Origin: Desulfatitalea sp. UBA4791
Lineage (GTDB): Bacteria > Desulfobacterota > Desulfobacteria > Desulfobacterales > Desulfosarcinaceae
NCBI GenBank assembly: GCA_002402905.1
Contig: DHGT01000124.1
Location: 47,462 to 111,461 of the forward strand
Direction: 5' to 3'
Length of the DNA stretch: 64,000 bases
Below are positions 14,045 through 24,583 of this stretch, piece after piece. Under the pieces are notes generated by a model, which saw nothing but the letters and a program-made list of their open reading frames with translations, was not told the DNA's origin and searched no databases. Position numbers and translations under genes: made by a program. Every line of letters starts with the position of its first letter. Position 1 is the stretch's first letter.

Positions 14045-15858
14045 TGACGCTTAAAACCAAATCCACTACGGATATCGCTCTCGGAGATCACCGGCTGGTT
14101 CGGCGGCTGTTGCCGCTGGTTTTGTTGTTGCCACTGGCCTTGTTGTTGCCGCTGAGCGGGGCAGGCCGCCCGGCCGACGCCAGCAGCATGATCTACAAAA
14201 ACTACATCGTGCGCTACGACCGCGGATGGGATATCCTGTGTGAACCGTACGTGGTCCAGAAAAACGACTGGATTCTCAAAATCTTCCGTCAAAAAGGAGA
14301 GATCGCCCACGCAGATTTTCGGGATTTTTTAGGCATTTTTCAGCGTCTCAACCCCCATGTCACCGACATCAATCTTCTCCGGCCGGGCCAGGCCGTCGAT
14401 ATCCCGTTGCGCAAACTCGAGCACGGCACCTTGTCCGGCCAGGCCAGCGGCGTGGTCACCATCCCTTTCGTCACCCTGGCCAAGGTGACCGAGGCCGTGC
14501 TGCAAAACGCCATGCCTTACACCGTGCAGCGTGGTGACACGGTTTCCCAGTTGATTGCCAAATACTACGGCCGCTTTGGCAGCCGCGCCTACCAGGAGGG
14601 CGTCAAGCTGTTCCAGGCCGCCAATCCACAAATCGAAAACCTCGATAGGATTTATGCGGGGCAGAATGTCTACATGCCCGACCCGGCCATCCGCGAAAAA
14701 GAGTGGTACGCCGCCATGTACGACGCGGAAGGCAACCTGCGCGAGACCATCGACATGGGCACTGCCGGGGCCGCAGGAGCAGCGGGCCGGCCATTGCCCA
14801 CCAGCGGGTTGCCGACGTCCGATCCCGAAGCGCCACCCGGCGCCCTGGCCCAAGCGGCCGCCACGGTCGGCGGTCAACTCAACGAGAAGGGCACTTATTT
14901 CATCCCACGGCCTACTGGCGACGACTTTGAAGTCGACCTTTCCCAACACCCCATGCTGACGCTTCCCGAGCAAAAGATGCTCTTCACGCGAGACGGCCGC
15001 ATTATGGGCATCGACCCGGAAACCCTCAAACCCAACTGGCCGGAAGGCAAAGTGGTCACCTACGATGAGCAGGCGTCGGTGGAAGAGATTGTCGCCGCCA
15101 TCTTCGACGCCATTGGCGGGGCAGAGGATCAGACCCGGAGCGAGGTTGGCTTCACCGCCGCGGGGGTGCAGGTGACGGTTCACGCCAAGTGGGTCAAAAC
15201 GCTGGCCGATCAGCGATGGCTCTGCATCACGCCCATCGCCGGACCGGAAGAGCAGACCCCGGAATCCATTCGCCGCTACCTCGCCCAGAACGGCATCGAA
15301 CTCAAAGAGGTGTTCCCCGGTGGCCAGGCTGTCACGGCCGACCCGGCTGCCGTTGGTCAACGGCACCTCGTGAAAAACATTCTCGCCATCGCCCCGACCG
15401 GCCAGAAGGATTTTGCCCAGCGTCTCTGCCGGGCGCTCGGATTTACCTACGCGCCCGATGTGGCCGTCACCTTCCCCTATGCCGGCATCCAGATCCAGGC
15501 CTATGCCAATCTGGTTACGGCACCCGGCGGAAAAGAGATCCTGGTGGATTTCGGCGATCTTTACGGGGACGCGGTCAAAGCCATCGGCGCATCGGGCATG
15601 CAGGTGGTTCAAATCAGCGCCGACGACACCTTCACGGCCATGGTCCGCAAGATATTGGATGGTCTGGGGTTTTCCTACACTGAAAACCCGACCCTGCCGG
15701 CCGCTCGGCGCTCGTCCGAGTACAACACCTTGGTCACGGTTCAGGGTATTCTATATACGGACGCCCAGGCCAACCGCGCCCTGCTCTCGGCCGCGGACCT
15801 GCATTCAGCCGTGACCGACCTGATCAGCGCCGAGGGCATCGCAGTGATCACATGGTAG
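14041..15858 (+). CDS. Exported protein with two LysM-like peptidoglycan-binding domains
   Basis: Hydrophobic N-terminal segment; YVVQKNDW...LNPHVTDINLLRPGQ and YTVQRGDTVS...ANPQIENLDRIYAGQ. Confidence 0.8.
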
Positions 15859-15930
15859 CCCAAGCCGTTTCGCAATCTTCGACACGCCATACGGAGTCAT
15901 CATGATAAACATCGACAGAATACCTTCACT

Positions 15931-15957
15931 TTCATACGTTCATACGTTCATACGTTC
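15931..15957. repeat. 8-bp tandem repeat (TTCATACG)x3
   Basis: ttcatacg ttcatacg ttcatacg ttc upstream of the TPR lipoprotein gene. Confidence 0.85.
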
Positions 15958-16003
15958 CACTTCTCGCAAAACTCGGCAGCCCTTTAAACCCAGCAGGCCG
16001 ACA

Positions 16004-16762
16004 ATGAAGCAATTTAGCCTGATCCTATCGACCTTGTTGCTCACCGGCCTGTTATGGTCCTGTGGCGGACAGCAAACCCAACACGATGAAGCCCTGGCCT
16101 CCGCCACACGAGAGATCGGCGAAGCCTATATGCGACAGGGCGATTACACATCGGCTCTGCGCGAACTCACCAAGGCCGAATCGCTGAACCCCGAAGACCC
16201 TTTCGTGCACAACAGCATGGGATTGTGCTACATGGCCAAAAAGCGCATGCCAGATGCCATCAGCCACTTTCAGAAGGCCGTGGCCCTGAAGCCGAGTTAC
16301 ACCCCGGCCCGTAACAACCTGGGGGTTGCTTACCTGACTGTTGAGGAGTGGGACCGGGCCATCGAAACCTTCAAGGAAATCACCAAAGACGCCCTCTACG
16401 CCACGCCCCAGTTTCCGCTCTCCAATTTGGGACTGGCCTACTACCGGAAAGGCGACTACCCGACATCGTTACAGTACTACAAGGAAGCGCTCAAGCTGCA
16501 ACCCGACCTGGTCAACGCCCTATTTGGCACCGGCCGTACCTACCTGGCCATGAACCAGGGGCGCCTGGCCCTGCGTTACCTGGAACAGGCCGTCCAGCTG
16601 GCACCCAATGTCCCAGAGATTCATTTTCATCTGGGGGAAGCTTATCTTCTGACCGGTCAGATCGAGCAGGCTCGTGCCTCGTATGAGACGGTGATTTCTT
16701 TATCATCGCCAGAAAGTGAATTGACTCTGAAGGCAAAACAACGGTTGGGAATCGGGCGATAA
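16004..16762 (+). CDS. TPR lipoprotein, PilF/PilW/Tgl-like pilotin
   Basis: Lipobox LWSC, multiple TPRs (ARNNLGVAY, DALYATP...SNLGLAY); convergent with pilQ. Confidence 0.8.
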   Translation: MKQFSLILSTLLLTGLLWSCGGQQTQHDEALASATREIGEAYMRQGDYTSALRELTKAESLNPEDPFVHNSMGLCYMAKKRMPDAISHFQKAVALKPSYTPARNNLGVAYLTVEEWDRAIETFKEITKDALYATPQFPLSNLGLAYYRKGDYPTSLQYYKEALKLQPDLVNALFGTGRTYLAMNQGRLALRYLEQAVQLAPNVPEIHFHLGEAYLLTGQIEQARASYETVISLSSPESELTLKAKQRLGIGR

Positions 16763-16823
16763 TTGTCCCTAACAGGGTTTAGGGCACAATCAAAAATGAA
16801 ATAAGCTCTGTATAGAATCCAAG

Positions 16824-16878
16824 GCAGGGACAAAAAACGTTCCCATGCTGATAGCGTGGAAACGTTTTTTGTCCCTGC
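16824..16878. terminator. Long inverted repeat between convergent genes (probable terminator or palindromic element)
   Basis: 26-bp arms GCAGGGACAAAAAACGTTCCCATGCT / AGCGTGGAAACGTTTTTTGTCCCTGC, 2 mismatches, 3-nt loop. Confidence 0.6.
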
Positions 16879-17011
16879 AATTTTCTGAGGAATACACCAA
16901 CAATTATAAATGGTGGCGTATCTCCCTCTTCATTTCGGGCCTTGTAGGCCTATTCTTTTCAGCACTCTCTCAGCCTATCGATTCAGAGTGCTTATACTTT
17001 AACAGCCTTCC

Positions 17012-19390
17012 TTACGGATTCAACGCCGTCGCTTGCTCCAACGTTACGATCCTCGGGGTCATGAAAATTAACAGTTCGTTACTTTGTGTACTCCGGGTTG
17101 TATTCTTGAAAAGCCATCCCAGCAAGGGGATTCTACCCAAGCCTGGGAAACTGTTTTGCCCCTTGTTTTCCGAAGACTTTATGATTCCACCGATCACAAT
17201 GGTATCACCGTCATTGACCAGTAGCTCGGTCTCGGCTTCGTTGGTGGAAACCGAGGGGACACCCGCGGTGATGCCAGCCACATCGTTTTTGGTGATATAG
17301 ATGCTCATCGAAATGCGATTGTCAGGAGTGACATGCGGCGTCACTTCGAGCAGCAAGTCGATATTCTTGAATTTTACAGAGGACCCACCGGAAGAGTCGC
17401 GTTCCAGGTAGGGATACTCGACGCCCTGTTTGATCTTGGCCTTCTTGTTATCCAGAGTCAGGATTTTAGGTGACGAGAGAATTCGTCCTTCTCCCATGGT
17501 TTCAAGGGCATTGAGACGCGCATTGATGACAAACGGCACGCCGGTCAGGCGAGAGAAACTGATGCCGATATCATTATTACCCTCGGATGGGAAATTCATG
17601 CTTGCATCGGTACCGAATTCCCAACTCCCAAGGCTGTCCGGACCAAATGCGAGATCCCAGGTAATGCCCAGCTCCCTCGAAAAGGTATCGCTCACTTCGA
17701 CCACACGCGCTTCGATCACCACCTGGGCGGTCACCTTGTCGATGCGGCGCACAATCTCCTGGGCCTGCCGCACGATTTCCGCCGTATCGGTGATGATGAT
17801 CTGGTTGTTTTTCGCGTCCACGCTGACGCTGCCGCGATCCTTAGTCAAAATATTCTTGATATGCGGTTGAATCTCGCCGGCGGCATTCGAATAGCTAACC
17901 GGGATGTACTTGGTGATCAGCGGCTCCAGCGCCTTGACCTCCTCGCGCGCCTTACGGTAGGCTTCTAACTTGGCTTTTCGCAGGTCTTCCTCGGCCTTGA
18001 GCGTTTCCAGGGTAGCAATACGAACGATGTCTCCCTCCTTGGCCATGCCCAACTGGTTCATGCGGAGCACCAGGTCGAGCACCTGATCCCAGGGCACCGG
18101 TTTGTCCAGGGTCATGGTCACCTTACCCGTGACATCCTTGTCGATGGCAAAGTTCTTGCCGCTCACCTCCCGCAGGATGCGGAAGACATTTTTGATATCG
18201 GTTTCGTAAAAGTCCAGGGCGATTTTTTCCCCGGTGAACACCTTGCGTTGATAGCCGAGCATGGATTGAAGCTCGGCGTCATCGGCTTGCGCCTTGTCTG
18301 CCACGCTCATCATTTCAGGTGTTGCATCTGGCATGGCGGCACGGTTTGGGGCGCCGGCGGTGACTGGCGCCGGTATGGGGGCCAGTGCGCCCTCGCTGCT
18401 GGGCAACGGCTGGGTTTCAGCATCGCTGAGCACACGCTTCCAATCCGGCAGATTGGCCTGTTCGAGCGGCTTGGGCGGCACGCTGGACGATTCGAAATGG
18501 ACCATCAACAGGTTGTCGGCCTGCTCTGCCACGTAGGGTACCGCTTCGCGCAGCTCGATGGAGACGATGGATTCGTTTTTCGCTTGGGACGATTGTGTGG
18601 GCATAATCCGGTCCACGGCGCTGGTAAAACGGGTGGTGATCAGGGGCCGCTGCCGATAGGAGGGAATGCGCGTGTTGAGCAGCCGGATCTGGAGCTGCCG
18701 CGGGCCGACCTTTTCGAGGCGGTAGTCCACGGCATGAGTGGTGCCGACCACCAGGGTGGACTTTCCCTCGGCCTCGCTGAGAAAATCGATCTTGTTGACC
18801 CAGGCCCCGGAAGCAGGCGCTTTACTGCTGCTCTTGACGATCGGTTGGGCGGACGATGTGCGGGCTGCCGTCTCTTGGGAGAGGGGCTCTGCCGAAGCAG
18901 CGGCGGTCGCCACAGCCGGTGCAGCATCGGCCTTGGCTCCGGCGGCTTCGGCCGACCGGGCAAAGCGCACCTGAACCGTATTGCCTTCCTGGACCGCTGT
19001 GTAACTGGCGTCTCCGGCCAGCTGGATTTCGACCCGCGCCGTACGCTGACCATTGCCCTGGCGCGCCGAAATCAATGGGATCATATCGATCGAATTGGGC
19101 CGGTTGATCTGGGCCTGCCCGGCGGTGGTCTCGGGAAAATAGAGCACCACGGCCAAGGGATCGGGTTGCTTCAGGGAAGAAAAGGTCAGGGGCCGGTCGG
19201 CCGTAATGGTCACCTGGACGCCCTCATCTGTCTCAACGGCTGCAATCGATGATATGGCCGTCAAAGGCGCCGATGCCTCGGGTGCCGCAGCCGCCTCGGG
19301 GCCAGGCTGGGACGCGCATCCGAAGAACATGACCGCCATGCCGAGGGTGAATACAATCAGGGCCGCGATTCTTGCAATTTTCGTTGTCAT
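17012..19390 (-). CDS. pilQ: Type IV pilus secretin
   Basis: Lipoprotein-like signal (FFGC), AMIN-like domains, FTGEKIALDF, VPWDQVLD, QVVIEARVVE, ELLIFMTPRIV. Confidence 0.95.
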   Translation of the reverse strand: MTTKIARIAALIVFTLGMAVMFFGCASQPGPEAAAAPEASAPLTAISSIAAVETDEGVQVTITADRPLTFSSLKQPDPLAVVLYFPETTAGQAQINRPNSIDMIPLISARQGNGQRTARVEIQLAGDASYTAVQEGNTVQVRFARSAEAAGAKADAAPAVATAAASAEPLSQETAARTSSAQPIVKSSSKAPASGAWVNKIDFLSEAEGKSTLVVGTTHAVDYRLEKVGPRQLQIRLLNTRIPSYRQRPLITTRFTSAVDRIMPTQSSQAKNESIVSIELREAVPYVAEQADNLLMVHFESSSVPPKPLEQANLPDWKRVLSDAETQPLPSSEGALAPIPAPVTAGAPNRAAMPDATPEMMSVADKAQADDAELQSMLGYQRKVFTGEKIALDFYETDIKNVFRILREVSGKNFAIDKDVTGKVTMTLDKPVPWDQVLDLVLRMNQLGMAKEGDIVRIATLETLKAEEDLRKAKLEAYRKAREEVKALEPLITKYIPVSYSNAAGEIQPHIKNILTKDRGSVSVDAKNNQIIITDTAEIVRQAQEIVRRIDKVTAQVVIEARVVEVSDTFSRELGITWDLAFGPDSLGSWEFGTDASMNFPSEGNNDIGISFSRLTGVPFVINARLNALETMGEGRILSSPKILTLDNKKAKIKQGVEYPYLERDSSGGSSVKFKNIDLLLEVTPHVTPDNRISMSIYITKNDVAGITAGVPSVSTNEAETELLVNDGDTIVIGGIIKSSENKGQNSFPGLGRIPLLGWLFKNTTRSTQSNELLIFMTPRIVTLEQATALNP

Positions 19391-19391
19391 A

Positions 19392-20057
19392 TTAAAACTC
19401 TCCAGCAGGTTTCTGAAGTTTCAACTCCGAATTTTCGATCCTTAGCTCTCCCATCACGTTCTCGACCTCTTCCTCGATCACGATGCGGTCCTTGTCGATA
19501 TCGACCACCTGCCCCGCATTCAATCCGACATAGGTGCCCTTTTTGACCACATAGCCCTTGCCGGTGGCGTCTTCCACTAGGGCGCGGTTTCCGCTGGGTG
19601 ATCGGATGATGGCCGTCACCTTGAGCTGGCTGAGTGCCACGCGCTCCAGAGGCGTTTGGGGTGTACGCTTTTCTCGCTTGCCCGTCGCCTTGGGTGTTTC
19701 CTGAAGATCGGGCTGTTCCTTGAAAAGCGGTTCGAAAGGATCGAAACGCCCATCGGGATTGTAACTGCCTGCGATTTGCATAGCCGCCTGGATCAACTCG
19801 GAAGTTTCGGCAGAGGGGGCCGCAACCGGCGCGACATCGGGAGCCGAAGGTTGCGCCTGGGGAGACACGTCGGTCTGCGGACCGGATGAGACCGGGGCCG
19901 GAACCGGTGTCGGCTTCACCGAAATCTTCTTGCTCGTGGCTTTGGGCTGGGGGGCTGGAGGCGCCTTCTCGCCGCATCCGAGCAGGCTGATCAGCATCAA
20001 GATCGCTCCCCACCTGAACAGCAGTACCATCAGTTGCCTCTTCATATTCGCCGTCAC
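19392..20057 (-). CDS. pilP: Type IV pilus assembly lipoprotein
   Basis: LLGC lipobox, GRFDPFEP, TPLERVALSQLKV, GYVVKKGTYVGLNAG. Confidence 0.92.
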   Translation of the reverse strand: MTANMKRQLMVLLFRWGAILMLISLLGCGEKAPPAPQPKATSKKISVKPTPVPAPVSSGPQTDVSPQAQPSAPDVAPVAAPSAETSELIQAAMQIAGSYNPDGRFDPFEPLFKEQPDLQETPKATGKREKRTPQTPLERVALSQLKVTAIIRSPSGNRALVEDATGKGYVVKKGTYVGLNAGQVVDIDKDRIVIEEEVENVMGELRIENSELKLQKPAGEF

Positions 20058-20702
20058 CTATCTCTTTTTCTTCTTGGTTCCGCCCTTTTTGGGTTGCACA
20101 GGGGCTTGTTCGACAAATTTGTATGTCACGGCCTGGCAGACCGTGGTCAAGGTGTTGCCCCCGTCTTTTTTAGATTGGGGTGCCATCTTGATATTCCGGA
20201 CATTGACAATGCGCGGCAGGTTGGCGACCTTATCCATGAATACCACCATTTGGTGATAGGTACCGGTCACGCTGATATCCACGGGAATCTCGGCATAAAA
20301 ATCCTTGCGGCTCTCCGGTTTGGGTTGAAAGAGCAGAAATTCCAATCCGGCATCCTTACCTGCCTGGGAAATACCGGTGATAAGCGAGGGAATCTCCTCG
20401 TTTTCCGGCAGGGCCCGCATCACCTGTTTGTACTGGGCCTCTTTATGCTTCATCTTGTTGCGCCAGTCGTTGAGCTCGGCCGCATTCTTTTTGGCCTTGG
20501 CCAGCTCCTGTTGAACCGAAGCGAGCTGTTTTTCCAAGGTGCCGATTTTGTCGTACTTGGGATAGAGAAGCAGCCAGATCGACAACCCGATGATCACCAC
20601 CAGGACACCCGCATAAATGCCGATGCGCTGGGGTTTGCTCAACCCTTCAATCTTTTCAAACAGGGACGTCAGTGCGCTGCTTGACGTGTTGCCTTTTTTC
20701 AT
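20058..20702 (-). CDS. pilO: Type IV pilus assembly protein
   Basis: TM segment plus coiled coil, LPENEEIPSL, FYAEIPV, GTYHQ, LPRIVNV. Confidence 0.93.
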   Translation of the reverse strand: MKKGNTSSSALTSLFEKIEGLSKPQRIGIYAGVLVVIIGLSIWLLLYPKYDKIGTLEKQLASVQQELAKAKKNAAELNDWRNKMKHKEAQYKQVMRALPENEEIPSLITGISQAGKDAGLEFLLFQPKPESRKDFYAEIPVDISVTGTYHQMVVFMDKVANLPRIVNVRNIKMAPQSKKDGGNTLTTVCQAVTYKFVEQAPVQPKKGGTKKKKR

Positions 20703-21283
20703 TTCTGTTTAACCTCACCGGTCGCTTGTTCGGGTGGCTTTACCTGAAAGTTGACATCGAACTGCTTGAGGCTCAGCTCTTTTCCGGCCTTGATCGTCTG
20801 ATGCTTGATCGCCGCCAGACGCACCGCCTGAAATCGCTCCGACTTTTCGACGCGCGTCATGTAGTCGGCCACGGTCTGGTTGTCCACGGCGATGCCGCTC
20901 ACCTTGAAGCCACCGCCTTGCTCCTCGACCTGGGTGTACCACATGCGTTTCTCCACCACGACCTGATAGAGCGCATCCAGGTTTTCAACGGGCGCCTTGC
21001 GGTCCCTTTCCAGCGATTCGATCACCTGGATCTTCTTGTCCAGGACGGCCAGATTCTTCTTGATCTCTTCGATCTCTTTGTTGATCTGCTGATATTTGGC
21101 CACCTGTTCGCGGGTGCTGGCGATCTCGCTATTGAGGTCATCCACCTTTCCGTTGAGATAGGAGTTGGCCCAAAAGATCAGCAGGCCCACAAAAACCACC
21201 GACATAAGGAACACATTCACCTGGTAGCGAATGTTCTCTTTTTTCCGGGCTGCACGATATGGAAGTAAATTGATGCGTATCAT
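20699..21283 (-). CDS. pilN: Type IV pilus assembly protein
   Basis: MIRINLLP N-terminal motif, TM segment, coiled coil. Confidence 0.93.
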   Translation of the reverse strand: MIRINLLPYRAARKKENIRYQVNVFLMSVVFVGLLIFWANSYLNGKVDDLNSEIASTREQVAKYQQINKEIEEIKKNLAVLDKKIQVIESLERDRKAPVENLDALYQVVVEKRMWYTQVEEQGGGFKVSGIAVDNQTVADYMTRVEKSERFQAVRLAAIKHQTIKAGKELSLKQFDVNFQVKPPEQATGEVKQK

Positions 21284-22335
21284 TTGTCATCCATTTTGCG
21301 GGTGGCCAGCCCCATGCAAATGGATGCCTGGGGGGCGATTTTTTCAAGATACTCGGTATCGAATTTTTCACTGTCGACATAAAAATGCTGGAACGGGTTG
21401 ATGGTACTCACCTCGGCCGACGTCTCCACCGCCAGCAGTTGACGCAGTTCCTGGATATTGCCGCCGCCGCCGCTGAGAACGATTTTCTTGATATGATCGT
21501 CGGGGTAGGTGGAGTAGAAAAAGTCCAGGGCCCGTCTGATCTCCGTGCACCAATCTGTGACCACCGACGAGATGATATCCGAAAGGTCCTCGGCCGAAAT
21601 TTTGTCGCTGCCTTCACCGAATTTGATCGCCTCGGACTCTTCGCTGGAGCAATCGATCAAGTTGGCGATTTTCTGATTGATCTGCCCGCAACCAAGGGAC
21701 ACATCGCGCATGAAGACCGAAATGCCCCCCTTGAGAATGTTCAGAGAAGTTTTGCTGGCCCCGATGTCGATCAAGGCGATATTCTCATCGGACTGGGGCT
21801 CGTAGTTGATTTCAAAGACATTCTGCAAGGCGAAAGCGTCCACATCGATGACGCGCGGCTCCAGTCCGGCCAGTTCGGCCAGATGGACATAGTCGTTGAC
21901 CATCTCTTTCTTGGCGGCCACCAGAAGCACATTCATCTGGTTGGGATTGTTTTCGCTTTCGCCCAGAATTTGGAAGTCGAGATTGACGTCGTTGATATCG
22001 AAGGGAATATATTGCTCGGCCTCGAAGTGGATGGTGTCCTGAAGCTGCTCCTCGCTGGCGGTTTGCACGCTGATCTTCTTAACGATCACCGAATAGCCGC
22101 CAATGGAGATGGCCACGCTATGGTTTTTGATGCCATAGGATTTGAAAAGGTTACGCAACACTTCCGCCACCGCCTCCGGGTCCTTGATGGCGCCGTCTTC
22201 GATCAAACCCGGTGCGATGTCGATCATCCCGAATTTGGACAGGGTGTAGCCTTTTTTGCCTTCGATTATCTCGGCAGCCTTAATGGCCTTGGAGCCGATA
22301 TCGAGTCCCACCAATCGATTCTTGGTACCAAACAT
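21280..22335 (-). CDS. pilM: Type IV pilus assembly protein (actin-like)
   Basis: VGLDIGS, EAEQYIPF, IDIGAS, LSGGG. Confidence 0.95.
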   Translation of the reverse strand: MFGTKNRLVGLDIGSKAIKAAEIIEGKKGYTLSKFGMIDIAPGLIEDGAIKDPEAVAEVLRNLFKSYGIKNHSVAISIGGYSVIVKKISVQTASEEQLQDTIHFEAEQYIPFDINDVNLDFQILGESENNPNQMNVLLVAAKKEMVNDYVHLAELAGLEPRVIDVDAFALQNVFEINYEPQSDENIALIDIGASKTSLNILKGGISVFMRDVSLGCGQINQKIANLIDCSSEESEAIKFGEGSDKISAEDLSDIISSVVTDWCTEIRRALDFFYSTYPDDHIKKIVLSGGGGNIQELRQLLAVETSAEVSTINPFQHFYVDSEKFDTEYLEKIAPQASICMGLATRKMDDK

Positions 22336-22344
22336 AGTCTACTC

Positions 22345-22542
22345 TCACTCGCCAAAGATTTTTTTCGCGTCCGACAAACCGTATCCAAGGGCCAGTAATA
22401 TCTTACGCTTGGTTTCCATCCGACAAGGTTTTCCCTGCTCGATTCGCGTAATGGTGATCGGTGACACATTTGCTTCTCTGGCTAATTCGGATTTGCTCAT
22501 CAAAAGAGATTCGCGAATTTTTTTTAATGAATTCTTAGCCAT
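22345..22542 (-). CDS. XRE-family helix-turn-helix regulator heading the pil operon
   Basis: LKKIRESLLMSKSELAREANVSPITITRIEQG; 9 bp from pilM. Confidence 0.85.
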   Translation of the reverse strand: MAKNSLKKIRESLLMSKSELAREANVSPITITRIEQGKPCRMETKRKILLALGYGLSDAKKIFGE

Positions 22543-23124
22543 GTTCAATTTTTTGCCTATCCGTATTTTAGAATTTGCGTATTGGCCATCGACCAAAACC
22601 ATCTCCTTTAACGATACTCTGATGTTAGCTTTATCCTCATTGAAGCAAATTTGGGTGTCAAGTGAAATTATGCATAATTTATATATAATTTTGTTTATTT
22701 AGGCCATATTGTGTGACACTTTTTGACACAACAATATATTGTGCCATTGGATATGATGCGCTAAGATTTGTTTTTATGGCCATTGGCTTTTCCGGTGCTG
22801 GGGTCACGCGCGCTTCGTTTCGGTTCGATTCATTTCGCGGCAGCGCATATCCAAGTCATCGACCACGAATTTGCAAACTTTAGGCCATTTTGAAGAAAAG
22901 CATGAATAACGTGAACAAATCGCATGTGATGCCCCAAAGATCCCTAAGTTATATATAAATAGATGTCACAGGCGTATAGAATCGTATAACAATACCGTGT
23001 CGCCATGAAGGTCAACAATTGGACGGTCACGTGGGCCGAGCGTCAACAAAGGGGACGCGTCGTCCATCGCTATCGCGACCGGCACCGTCCTGCTCGCAAG
23101 ACCGTGTGCCAGCCATAGAGGTAT

Positions 23125-24579
23125 ATGCGACCCTTTTTAAATGAACTGAAGCTGCCGGCGGCATCACCGCCCCCCTCGTCCGAACGCGCCAAGCCTTTTC
23201 GACTGGTGAAATATTTTTCGCTTTCGAGCCTGGTCCTGATTTTCTTCGGCACAATCATTCTTTCCATCCTCAACACGCATTGGATTCGCACCATGCAATT
23301 CTCCAAGAGCGAAGCCTATGCCCTTTTACTCATTGAAAATCTCAACCACCAGGTCTTCATGCAATTCATTCTGCCGGTGGGCATCAAGTTCGGGAAGATC
23401 GAATTGCGACACAAGGACCAGTACGAGCGCATGGACAGCGTGGTGCGCAGCACCCTGCACAGTTTCAAGGTGGATATGGTCAACATCTACGGCGTCCGCG
23501 ATGTCATCGCTTACAGCTTTTCCAAGGAGTTGATCGGACTCGAAAATCTCGGCGGCACGAGCCACCAGAACGCCCTGGAAGGGCGGCCGACCTCCAGGCT
23601 GATTCAAAAAGGCAGCTTCTGGGAGCTGTTTTTCGGGCTGCCCGAAGAGATTAAAATCATCACTTTCGCCGCCTTGCGCATGGAAAAACCCCTCAGCCCG
23701 GTGGCGGGCGAGGTGCTGGGGGTGGTGGAGATCGTCCAGGATCTTTCCAACGATTATAAAGAGATATTTCGCTACCAGATCATGACCATGATCACCATCA
23801 GCGTTGTGATGATCATCCTCTTTCTGGTCATGATCTTCGTGGTCAAACGCGGCGAGGGGATCATCCAGAAAAGAGCCCAGGAGCAACTCAAGCTCAAAGA
23901 ACAGCTCAGCCGCGCCAAGCATCTCTCGTCGCTGGGTGAAATGGTGGCCGGGGTGTCCCACGAGATCCGCAATCCGCTCGGAATCATCAGTAGTTCTGCG
24001 GAATTGCTGCGAAAAAAAATACCCGCCACCGATCCGATGATCCAGATCCCCAACATCATCATCGAAGAATCGACGCGCCTGAACCATATCATCACCGACT
24101 TTTTGAACTTTGCCAAACCCAAAAACCCCAATCGCTTTGCCTGCCGCATCGAAGATGTGATTGATAAAAATATTCGCCTTCTGGAAACCCAGGCACAAGC
24201 CGACGGCTTCCATATCCATGCCAATTTCGAAGGTGAACTGCCGATCATCATGGCCGATGCGGACATGCTCCATCAGGCCTTTTTAAATGTTTTCATCAAT
24301 GCCATGCAGTCCATGCCCGACGGCGGCGACATCACGGTGAAAGCCAAATCGGCGAACAACAGCCTCTGGATCGCCGTCGAAGACCAGGGCGCAGGGATCT
24401 CGGATACGGACATGGAAAAAATCTGGGACCCCTTTTTCACCACCAAGGATAAGGGAACCGGACTGGGATTGGGCATCGTCAAAAACATCATCGAGGCCCA
24501 CCAGGGGGCGGTGCGCATCGAAAACCGTCCGGAGGGCGGCGCGCGTGTGACGATCCGGCTGCCTATAGAAGAGGGATAG
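23125..24579 (+). CDS. Membrane sensor histidine kinase
   Basis: 2 TM segments, HEIRNPL H-box, NAMQS, DQGAGI, PFFTTK..GTGLGL. Confidence 0.93.
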   Translation: MRPFLNELKLPAASPPPSSERAKPFRLVKYFSLSSLVLIFFGTIILSILNTHWIRTMQFSKSEAYALLLIENLNHQVFMQFILPVGIKFGKIELRHKDQYERMDSVVRSTLHSFKVDMVNIYGVRDVIAYSFSKELIGLENLGGTSHQNALEGRPTSRLIQKGSFWELFFGLPEEIKIITFAALRMEKPLSPVAGEVLGVVEIVQDLSNDYKEIFRYQIMTMITISVVMIILFLVMIFVVKRGEGIIQKRAQEQLKLKEQLSRAKHLSSLGEMVAGVSHEIRNPLGIISSSAELLRKKIPATDPMIQIPNIIIEESTRLNHIITDFLNFAKPKNPNRFACRIEDVIDKNIRLLETQAQADGFHIHANFEGELPIIMADADMLHQAFLNVFINAMQSMPDGGDITVKAKSANNSLWIAVEDQGAGISDTDMEKIWDPFFTTKDKGTGLGLGIVKNIIEAHQGAVRIENRPEGGARVTIRLPIEEG

Positions 24580-24583
24580 CGAT

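Noticed and set aside
16845-17300. 151-aa plus-strand ORF
   Set aside because: Starts inside the palindrome and runs antisense into pilQ; no RBS or motifs.
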